From Vicugna vicugna (Eukaryota), in the NCBI GenBank assembly GCA_013265495.1, contig MU060970.1, positions 10,369,063 through 10,433,062 of the forward strand: a stretch of DNA of 64,000 bases, read 5' to 3'. Position numbers and translations under genes: made by a program. The first letter of the stretch is position 1. Each line of letters begins with the position of its first letter. This document shows positions 25,183 through 34,660 of the stretch, piece after piece. The notes beneath the pieces are model-generated. The model worked only from the letters and a program-made list of their open reading frames with translations. It made no database searches and was not told the DNA's origin.

Positions 25183-25345
25183 CTTGGAGACAGAGATGAG
25201 AGATGCCGGAGGGGATGATGGTAAAGAAATCAGGTGTGAAATGGAGGAGTAGAGATTCGGGTCATTTTTCTTGATCTAGATTCTAGAGAAGCAACTGCTG
25301 GAATTAAGGGAACAGAAATCACCTGGGAAATGCCAGGAGTCTGGC
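25183..25345 (+). repeat. Local duplication block B, copy 1 (VSIR intron 3)
   Basis: Aligns with 31234-31387; 29-nt identical core gagattcgggtcatttttcttgatctaga at 25252-25280 and 31306-31334. Confidence 0.9.
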
Positions 25346-25984
25346 TGATAAGAGCCCAAGGGTGAGGCAGAACCTTGAACTTGACTGTTAAGAGTGGGTC
25401 AAGTTTCCTTTGCTGGGTATATCGGCTCTCACGTTTTGACATTTTCCTTCCTCTCCAATTCACAGGGATGTGCAGCCTCACTCTGGCCTCTGCTTCCCAA
25501 GCTGTAGGCTGTAGGAAATTGGCTCCTTACGGGCCAAAGGGACATGTCTGCTTCTGTCCCAGTTGTCAAGGGCAGGGGGATAGTTTCAGTGAGCTCTGGA
25601 CTCCTCTCTCAGTCCCCTTCCACACTCTTGGTTCTGGAGGTCTGGAGACTACAGCTGTGGTGGAGTCTTGGCACTAAAGCGGAAGTGGTCTCAGATGAAA
25701 AGGAACCTGGCTGTACTTTCGGGTGGGGTGTGGGGCTTTGGTAAGTGCTTCCATTCTCTGGGCACCATGTGTCCATTGAGCAACTGGGAGCAACTGAGTC
25801 CCTCCCCTGCCAGCAGAGAGATAATCGGTGCTACCTAAGGTGCTGAGTCAGGGATCAAAACTCTAAATGCCCCCAGGGCCAGAGAGCTGGTGGGTGAGAC
25901 AGAAGGGAGAGACAGAGACCTTGGCGAGCAGGCAGCTGCATCTGTAAGTGCAGCTCCAACTGCTGTGCGTCAGGCGAGGGGACC

Positions 25985-26110
25985 AGGGTTGCCAGAGCCA
26001 CTGAATTTTCAAGCAAAGCCAGAAGTCCAGATTTTACATGAACTTTCCCAATTTTAAAATGTTGGCAACTAATTTAAAAAAATTAAGTACTCTGTTGGCC
26101 ATATTTGCAA
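25985..26110 (+). mobile_element. hAT-type MITE relic
   Basis: ttttcaagcaaagccagaagtccagattttacatgaactttcccaattttaaaatgttggcaact. Confidence 0.6.
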
Positions 26111-26134
26111 CTTGATTCCATTCCGGTGAAAGGC

Positions 26135-26348
26135 AGTACAGTGAAGTGGTTAAGAGCACAGATTCTGAAATAAGCCAAGGTGCTTAACCTCTCTGTGCCT
26201 TAGTTTTCTCATCTATAAAATGGAAGTGATGTTTATAATCATACTCTCCCAGTTGTTATGAGGCTAAAATGGGTAACTATGTAAAGAAAGCCCTAAGAAC
26301 CATCCCTGGCACCAAGTAAGTGCTATGTACCTGCTAGCTATTATTATT
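26135..26348 (+). mobile_element. MIR
   Basis: gtggttaagagcacagattctg...cttaacctctctgtgccttagttttctcatctataaaatgg...ctggcaccaagtaagtgct. Confidence 0.85.
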
Positions 26349-28139
26349 TCTAATGCAGAATTCTAGGTCTGGCTTCATGAGTCATCTCATCCTTTCCCCT
26401 GTGCCAAGGCAGGATGGCAAGTGGATGGCAATGGACAGTGGATACACATCCTGTTTTCTAATGGTTAGAAACAAGTGCCTGGTGACCCATGTGCTTAGTA
26501 GGCCCCAGGGCTGGCTACTGGGTACTGCCCCCCACTGCCCTTTGGAAAGAGCCCAGTCCCTGCTGCAAGACAGGTGTCTCACAGCTAGCCTTGGCACCTG
26601 ATCAGTTCATGACACTTACAGCCAAGAAGCTCTTTGAATTTTCCTTCTCTAACTGCAGCCCCAGTCTCCTAATGTTATCTTTGGGAAGTAGGAGGGGAGT
26701 TGGTCTATGAAATCATCTGAATGCCCACATCGGCTTCCGGCAGCAGGGGAGGTGACAAGAGAAGAGTAGGACTGAGGAAGGTGGTACCCAAGGAGCCCTG
26801 AATTGCTGAGGGGCTGTGGTTTTTCACTGAATCCAGGAAAGGGGGCTGGGCAGCCCATCTCCCTGAGATGCAGCCTCCCCAGCCTCCAGTATAGCAGGAT
26901 GTTTGGTTTGCTTTCATCCAACTGTCTTCCTGGGGAACCAGGCAGTGTCACGGAACTCCCTCCTCCATATACACCCTCGGGGTGCTGGCAAGCCCAGGAC
27001 AAAGACTTACTGAGCAGGCCAGGCCCTCCCATCCCACCCAGCTGTGTAAGGGCCTGGCACACTGCTTGGTGCTGGCCAGGCAGCTGCCTCTGCCAGTGCC
27101 TGATCACCTCCTCAGCAAGAGCCTGGCTCTGGTGGCTACGCTCCCGCCCCGACCCCCCAGGGACTGGCCACATTCATGGAGAGGAGTGGGGAGGCTGCGT
27201 TCTGCAGTGGAGCCTGTTGCCTCAGAGGGCAGCTGGTCCACAGAGCTGTCCCCAGACCCCTGTCTCTTGGCCCTAGCCTCAACTCCCAGCCCAAGTTGTA
27301 AGGAAACCAAGTCCTGATCCCATAGCAGGGCCACAAACAGGGAGTCTTTGCCTGGGGACAGCAGTCAGGCAGAGAGGCTGCGCCAAGCCGACAGGGAGCC
27401 GGATTCAGTGGTCACTGACTGACTACACCAAATACTGCTCAGTACCAGTCCAGAAGAGACCTGCTTTGATGACCAGATAAGAGCGCTTTGCAGCCAGCTT
27501 CTCCGTGCCCACAATAAGGTCCTGTGTTGGGGTTTAGAGATACTCAAATGTCTGAATTATAGACTATTTTACTTTCAGTACTCCACGTCAAAGTGCAGCC
27601 TTGCTAAGATCTGCGGGGAACCTGCTTTAATGTGGAGTTGAACTTGCTTTGTAATGAGCACAGCAACTGTTCCTGTACCAGCGGGTACTTCTAAAGCGCC
27701 TGAAAACAGCTTGTTCTCTTCCTCGGTATGAACAAACCCCTGAAAGCTTGTTTACACCGCTGGGTTGTTCAGCAACACAATGAGATATAAAAACAGCCTT
27801 TATTCCCAAATAAGTAGTGCAAAGGCAACACTGAGGCCTGTCCACCTTTCCAAAGCTCCCTGGGGCCAAGTAAGGTATCCCAGCCCATCTTTCTTGGTCA
27901 GAGGGAAGGGCTAAAATTGGGAAGGAAATGCGTTTACGCTGGTTGTGGTTCTGAGGGCACGTCTGTTCCCAGCTAAACTCCTGGAGTCAGCAGATGGACT
28001 GAAATAAATCAAACCCCCATGCTGCTGGTGGGATCGTGAGGTGGTACAACTTTTTGGGGGAGGACAATTTAGCAATAGCCTGAAAGAAAATACACATATG
28101 CTTTGGCTCAGCACTTTCACGACTAGGGTTTTATGTACG

Positions 28140-28435
28140 GATGTACTTGCCCCAGTGAGCAAAGATGCCTACGTGAGGAGTTCACTGCTACGTTATTAGT
28201 TATGTTGAAAAATGCAAACAACCTACATACCCACCAATAGGGGACTGTTTCAGTGAATTTGGGGTGAGCTATGTGATGAAGCCCTAGGCAGAATAAAGTG
28301 GATCTCAGTGCTGATACAGAGAGGTGTCCACGCTGTGCTAAGTGGGAAAAGCACTTGTCACGTGACCCCATATATGCTGTATATGCAGACGGTGTATCTA
28401 GACTATACACAAGAAAACTGCAGACAGTGATTATG
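28140..28435 (+). mobile_element. Old LINE-1 (L1M-type) 3' fragment
   Basis: aaaaatgcaaacaacctacatacccaccaataggggactg...aagaaaactgcagacagtgatt. Confidence 0.6.
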
Positions 28436-28674
28436 TCTTTCCAGGGGGCCCAGGAAGAGGGGGAGGAGGAAACTTTTGAATATTTTTTTTAACTTGTACT
28501 TTTTTTTTGTCATTTATAAGGTTTAAAAAAATTTTAAATGTTGGGCAAGGATTCACATTTCCCTAGTTCTCACCCCAAGCTTTTTTCCTTGTGAATTATA
28601 CATGTGAGATCATTTTCAGAGGCCCTGTTCTGGAACTAAGGAATCTCTCAGGGGATAAATAGGGCTTTTTATTC

Positions 28675-28812
28675 ATTTTTTTATTGTGATAAGACATATA
28701 TAATAAAAAAGGTTAAAATGGCAAATTCTGTAAGTATACAACTCAGTGGCATTAATTACACTTAAAATGTTGTGCAATTATCACCACTATTTCCAAAAGT
28801 TTTTCATCACCT
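28675..28812 (-). mobile_element. LINE-1 3' end fragment
   Basis: ttttttattgtg...aagtatacaactcagtggcattaattacac...gttgtgcaattatcaccactat. Confidence 0.75.
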
Positions 28813-29158
28813 GGGCTCCTTTTGACCCTGAACTCTGTGGCATGGGGTCTCTCTCTTTTTAGGGAACCACCTGTAGCCCAGGGTGGTCAAGCTGTTCCCA
28901 GTGGGCTGGGATGAGGACCCTTCTCTCTCTTCCCTCGAGCTGCCTCAGCTGTAAGCGTCTGGCCTAATTTCTGGGTGCTCTGGCCCGCCTTGGGGTCCCC
29001 AGACCTTTCATGCCTCTGTGAGTTATTGAGGGTCTGGCTGTGGGGCCTGGATAGAGATGGGTCCCCCTGCTCCCTGGCCTCATCTGTGGGCTTCAGCTTC
29101 CCCTCAAGAGGAACAGTGGTAATGGGGCCTCACTTGGGCTGCGTCTCTGTCCTTTCAG

Positions 29159-29266
29159 GCATTACGGCTGCCGCCCTGGCTACCAGCGCCTGCATCGTGG
29201 GCATCCTCTGCCTCCCCCTCATCCTGCTCCTGGTCTACAAGCAAAGGCAGGTGGCTTCCAACCGCC
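29159..29266 (+). CDS. VSIR: VSIR exon 4, transmembrane ([36 protein letters not shown]), 108 nt
   Basis: tttcag|GCATT...CCGCC|gtgagt; hydrophobic helix followed by a basic stop-transfer segment. Confidence 0.97.
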
Positions 29267-29849
29267 GTGAGTATCCCTTTCCTCCCTGCCTGTCTGGGTT
29301 ATGTGTGAGTGACCTGCCCCAGCCCCCTGGTCAGCCCCAAAGGCCAAAGACAGGCATAATTCTGCTCTTCAAGAGACAGGAGCTGCTACAGTCCTTGCAA
29401 GGAGCTGGGCTCCGTGGTGGAGAGAGGAGACCCAGGTGTGCCACTTCTAGGGTGTGAGTGCCCACCAGCCCCTGGCAGTGCTGCCTTGGTGCTCAATAAA
29501 TATCTGCTGAACGACTGACTAATCATATGGAGTAGCTCAAATTGGTTTATAAAAATGTGGAAACTTGGAGATCTTTGGGGACCTGATTTAATGTGTGGGT
29601 AGGCTTGTTTTGGTAGTAATTTTGGGACAAAATGACCTTTGGATTTTCAGAACTGGGAGGGATCTTGGAGACAGTTTGGTTCAGATAATGGGTGAGAAAC
29701 CAAAGATCAGCCAGGTTAAATAACTAACAAAACGTTATGTAACTCAGTAAGTGGCAGAGCTAAGATTCAGAGAGCTCTCAACTCTCGCTTCTCAGGGAAT
29801 ATAATCCTGAGAATCTGCATAATAAAGATGCACATGAGCATGAGCTTCA

Positions 29850-30060
29850 AAGCCAACAACCCCTAACCCATAGGACTGCTGTGCCAGGTACCATGCCAGG
29901 CTTGCTGTATACATTCTCTCATGACTCCTCATAACACCTCTAAGAGTCTGATCCTACCATTGTCCCCATTTTATGGCTGAGCAAACTGAACCACAGAGGG
30001 AGTAAGTAACTCACTTAAGGAACCGCCCAGTGAGGACGTGGTAGAGCCAGGTTTCAAGTC
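29850..30060 (-). mobile_element. MIR
   Basis: tgtgccaggtaccatgccagg...ccccattttatggctgagcaaactga...gtagagccaggtttcaa. Confidence 0.75.
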
Positions 30061-30934
30061 ATGGCCACAAATACCTTTTCGCCCGTCTCTTTGGGTGACA
30101 GTGCCCCTTGCCCTTCCTTTGACCCCACCCCTGAGCCTCGGCCAGTCTTAGTCTTCCAGGAGCAGGAAGGTAGGGGCCTTTGCATCGCCTCCCTGACCTC
30201 TTCCCCTCTGTCCGCTGCTCTGTCGCCAGGTGGCTTTGGCTCACACCTGACTTCTTTGGCTGGACGGTAACAACTTGATACCCCTCTGTGCCTCTGTCTG
30301 TGGGTTACTCAGGGGCTATGGCCACCTCTCCCTTCCTCTCAGGATGCCCTTATTCCTCTCACAAAACCCTAGGGCAGCCTATCTATAGAAACACCCCAGA
30401 GTGTTTGGGGGTAGGGGAGGGTAAAAGGCTTGGAGCAGAAAGAGGAAACCAGGGGCTCAACCAGGGAGAGAAATTGCTGCAGAGCTGTGGTTAGCCTGCG
30501 GTCAGCCCTTGCTCATCCTTGTGGCACTTCCACAGAGATGGGGAAGGGACGAGGAGGGAGACGTGCCCAGCTAGGCTTGGCTCCCAGATAAAGAGGTGCT
30601 TTCTGGCCCCCTTACTCCAGACCACAAGGCTAACTCCATCAGGGAGCAGGAACTGGGAAACAAATTCCAGGCAGAGGCTGGTGTTGGGTAGGGGCAGGGG
30701 GCTTTGGTGCCTCACAGCATTCCTTTCAGGGTCCCCAGGGATTGGATCAAGACTCTGCTCATGTCCCAGGCTGGAGGGAGGAAAATCAGAGGGGACATCC
30801 CCAGGCCAAAACGCTGTGGGTGTGTCCTTAGGACATGGAGAGCCTGGGGTCAGCACACAGTATCTCCTACTCCAAGCATTGGGACACCTGAAGTCTGAGG
30901 GCTTCCCAGAGGAGGGGACAGAGGAACTGGATGC

Positions 30935-31101
30935 TGAAGAACTGCACTGAGAGATGGGTCAAGGGTGTGCAGTGGGCCATTTGGGGCTGTGCTATGACCA
31001 GTGTTGAACACATCCTCTGAAACCCTACATGAACCCTGTTTCTGTAATGGGTGGCTATCACAGTACTTTATCCCCAGATTTAATATATGTGGTAACAGAA
31101 A
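30935..31101 (+). repeat. Local duplication block A, copy 1 (VSIR intron 4)
   Basis: Aligns with 33637-33805; 32-nt identical core tcctctgaaaccctacatgaaccctgtttctg at 31013-31044 and 33715-33746. Confidence 0.92.
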
Positions 31102-31156
31102 GGTATCAATAATTTATCTAATAAAAATTTTTTGAGGCCAGTCCCCTGCCCTCTCC

Positions 31157-31214
31157 AAAAGAAAAAAAAAAAAAAGAAAAGAAAAGAAAAAAGAAGAAGA
31201 AGAAGAAGGAAAAA
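31157..31214 (+). repeat. A-rich tract grading into (GAAAA)n and (GAA)n
   Basis: Directly visible between blocks A and B. Confidence 0.9.
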
Positions 31215-31233
31215 TGAGTTGTATAATCGAAGG

Positions 31234-31387
31234 CTTAGAGACAGACACAAGAGATGCCAGGGGGGACGATGCTAGAGAAACTAGGTACAAAATGGACAGA
31301 GAGTGGAGATTCGGGTCATTTTTCTTGATCTAGACTCTACAAGAGCAGTTACTAGAATTATGGGAACAGAAGGGCCAGGAGTCTGGC
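31234..31387 (+). repeat. Local duplication block B, copy 2 (VSIR intron 4)
   Basis: See 25183-25345. Confidence 0.9.
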
Positions 31388-32472
31388 CACAGGGCAGAGG
31401 CTGAGCAGCCTGGAGCGGGGCAGCAGGTTGGGGATGGAGTGGATGGGGAGTGTGTGTGGTGCAGTCTGGGCAGGACAAAAAGAGAGAAAGAGGATTGGGA
31501 GCACTGAGGAAGGCAGTGCGGAGGCAATGGGTGTAGCAAACCCTCTTGTATTAGACGGGGACTCGGCTTCCCTTGGGCAGAGGAGAGGGGAACTGAGGGA
31601 ACGTGGAGACCTGCATGGAGCCTGACGCAGTCGCCCAGTAAACAAGGAGCCATGATTCCGATACCTCAGAGATTTCAGGAACTTTTGTGCAACTTCCTCC
31701 TGGGGGTTCTGTTATTGTGCCCCTCCCCTAGTGCTTGTTTCCTCATCGTAATCAGCAGGGAAGCTCTCAAAAAAACGAGAAGAATCTGTGGGAGTACGTG
31801 GGGGAGCTGCAAGAAAGAGGGAAGTTGGGGTCGCTGCATCTGGTTGGTTTGGGGGTGGGGAACTACAAAAGTGGGGCAGGATGACAGCAGTTTAGATGCA
31901 AAGTAGAGAGTAGCAGAATGGCTGAGAAGTGAAGGGGTCTGAGGCCCCCATGGTTCGTCTAAGAAATGTTGCCTTGGAAGCCACACTATTGGGCAATGTG
32001 GAGGATGGGACAGAGGACCAGGAACTCTAATTAGGAAGTGATCTTGCAACACTCCCACACGGTAAATCATGGGTGACCACCAGAACGTGACAGATTTCCA
32101 AACAGCAAATTCTGGAGGCAGGCCTTTGGTTGGTCCTGAATGCCTAATATCACCAAGTTAAGCCCTAGGAGTAATCACTGGCTGCCTTTGGTCTCCTGGT
32201 AACAAATGTTTTCCTATATACTTGTAAAATGCAGTCCAAATTTCACTTATCCTTGGTCAAACTGAGCTGTTTACGGAGGCCTCACCTGCTGGGTAGACAC
32301 GCAGAGAACTGCCATTCGGGCTTCCTGAGCCAATGGAAGTAGGATCCGGGACTGAGCACGGCCCTGCCCGGGCTTGCTCCTGCTCCCCCAGGGGCATCGG
32401 CCAGTGAGGGCAGCGATACTGTCTGGGGAAGCCTTCTCTTTCTGACTAGCTTCTCTGTCTGTCTGTCCTTAG

Positions 32473-32500
32473 GTGCCCAGGAGCTGGTGCGGATGGACAG
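32473..32500 (+). CDS. VSIR: VSIR exon 5 (RAQELVRMD(S)), 28 nt
   Basis: ccttag|GTGCCCAGGAGCTGGTGCGGATGGACAG|gtaagg. Confidence 0.95.
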
Positions 32501-33636
32501 GTAAGGCCCTGGAGACCTTCCCAAGAACACTTCCCACAGCTGCCCTCACCCTGACTCAAGGCTTGGCAGGCTCTCTCTTTTCTTGCCTCTCCCTGGACTG
32601 CTGTCTTTGTAGGTTAGCGTCTACATCCGAACTATTTATGCAGCAGTTAATGCATAAGGGGGAGGGGGAGCTATTAGCCAGGACAGATCTACTCTCCTGC
32701 CTTCACCAGGATCTTTTCTCCTCTCCTCCGTGGTCACTGGTTAGGGCTGAGAACACAGATATGGCCTCCCTGATGGCATCCTGATCCTTCCTGGGCCCTG
32801 GACCAGCTGTCAGGAAAGAGATAGTTCTCTGCAGTAGGGCCCCTGTTTAGCTGCCTGGCACAACTGGTTAGAAGAGCATTTGCCATCTGCCACTGAGGCT
32901 GGCACATCTGTGCCGATGGGCTGTTCTCCCTGCCACTCCCCACCCAGCAGGCTGAGCTCCAACACTGCCTGGATGAGCAACGCACCCACCTCTGGGCCTC
33001 AGTGGTCAGCCAGGCTGGCGTGGGGGAGTCGGGGGGAAGCAGCTGAGCCTGAACAGACACTGAAACATGCAAAGGAGGCCAGCACACCTGGAGTTGTGGC
33101 CTCTCTCAGCACAGTGCCCCAAGGAGAAAGCTGTCAGGCCACTGCAAACCACAAAGGCAGAGGCTGACTGGGGCTCAGAGCAGGGTGGCAGGTTGGGGAT
33201 GGAACAGACAGGGAACATGTGTGGGTGCACTCTGGGCAGGAAGCTGGCAGGGAGCCTAGCACACAGGGGATGCTTGGGAATGAGCCACACTTAGGAACTT
33301 GGCTCCAGTACCGGCAATGCCAGATTCAGAGCTCCCCTGGGTGTTTGAAAGGGTGTTTCAAGACTGGTCACAGGAAGTCCTGCTACCAATCCTGCTAGAA
33401 TCTCAAAGTGGGAAGGGTCCTCAGACGTTGTCCTACTCCCAAGCAGGAAGAGGGGAAGAGAATGCCTCCCCTTCAGCTCTAGACAAGCTGTGGGGACATC
33501 CAGTCCTAATGCTATTAACTCTACTGACCAAAGAAAGACTTGTCCCCAGATTCCTGAGGCCAGTGTCCTGAGTGCCTGACCTTGGGCTTCCTGCCTGGGC
33601 CTGGGGCAGATGGTCAGACCACAGGGTGGAGCTAGG

Positions 33637-33805
33637 TGAAGAACTGCACTGAGAGAAGGGTCAAGGGGGTGCAGTGGGCCGGCTGGGGCTGTGCTACGAC
33701 CCTTGTTGAGCATGTCCTCTGAAACCCTACATGAACCCTGTTTCTGCGATGGGCAGCCACTTCATAGCGCCTTATCCCCACATTTAACATATGTAGTAAC
33801 AGAAA
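33637..33805 (+). repeat. Local duplication block A, copy 2 (VSIR intron 5)
   Basis: See 30935-31101. Confidence 0.92.
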
Positions 33806-34023
33806 TCTGACTTCCCTGGTGGAGCATCTGAAAACGCTCGGGATGCCCGGAGAGGTTTTGCAGTGTGTCTCCTGAACACTGAGAACAAGCAAGCCCCTTA
33901 TGTGATCACCCTTTTGTAAAATTCGCCAATGCTTGTTGCCTAATATAAATCATGCTCTTATTTCTAGATTAGATTTAAAATCAGGATAGGTCATGAAAGC
34001 CTAGCAAACACACTTTCCCCTAC

Positions 34024-34044
34024 AAAAAAAAAAAAAAAAAAAAA
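34024..34044 (+). repeat. A21 homopolymer
   Basis: Directly visible about 200 nt upstream of the exon 6 acceptor. Confidence 0.95.
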
Positions 34045-34245
34045 GGGGGTCACATGCCCTCAGCTCAGGGCAGGTGGGAGAGTGCAGCCCGTGGCCTTTC
34101 TCTCTGGTCCCAGATCCTCCCTTCCTGCTATGGCTTGGGTGGGAAGGCAGGTGAGGAGAAGGGAGCAGAGAAGTGGGGCTGGTGGGGAGGGCGGAGGTCA
34201 AGTCCCATGCAGCACAGATAACCTTCAATTCTGATTTTCCAGCAG

Positions 34246-34439
34246 CAACATTCAAGGAATTGAAAATCCTGGCTTTGAGATCTCTCCACCCTCCCAGAGG
34301 ATGCCGGAGGCCAAACCCAGGCCCCCACTGTCCTACGTGGCCCAGCGGCAGCCTTCTGAGTCTGGGCGGCACCTGCTCTCTGAACCCAACACTCCTCTGT
34401 CTCCGCCAGGCCCTGGGGATGTCTTCTTCCCCTCCCTAG
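34246..34439 (+). CDS. VSIR: VSIR exon 6, cytoplasmic ([23 protein letters not shown]...DVFFPSL), 194 nt (197 nt with the upstream tandem acceptor)
   Basis: ttttccag/cag|CAACATT...CCCTAG|gttggt. Confidence 0.96.
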
Positions 34440-34622
34440 GTTGGTGCTTCTTCCGCCTTCACAGCATGATGGCTTGCAAGGTCATGACCTCTCCATGGCC
34501 TGCAGGGCAGGAGTTTCACTCCCTACCCTTCCTGGGAAGTCCTCACAGCCTCATGGTGTGGGGTTGGGGGATGAAGGACAGAGGAACTCCCCCCTTCACT
34601 CTGCTTCTCCTTTTTTTTGCAG

Positions 34623-34660
34623 ACCCTGTTCCTGACTCCCCAAACTCTGAGGCCATCTAG
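34623..34660 (+). CDS. VSIR: VSIR exon 7 coding part ([12 protein letters not shown])
   Basis: ttttttttgcag|ACCCTG...ATCTAG. Confidence 0.97.

Larger units (their letters stand above)
11627..34660 (+). other. VSIR: V-set immunoregulatory receptor (VISTA/PD-1H/DD1alpha), complete 7-exon CDS, 933 nt = 310 aa plus stop
   Basis: Exons 82+426+57+108+28+194+38 nt join in frame: signal peptide, His-rich IgV, stalk, TM, and a tail with NPGF, YVAQ and PxxP ending [11 protein letters not shown]. Confidence 0.98.
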
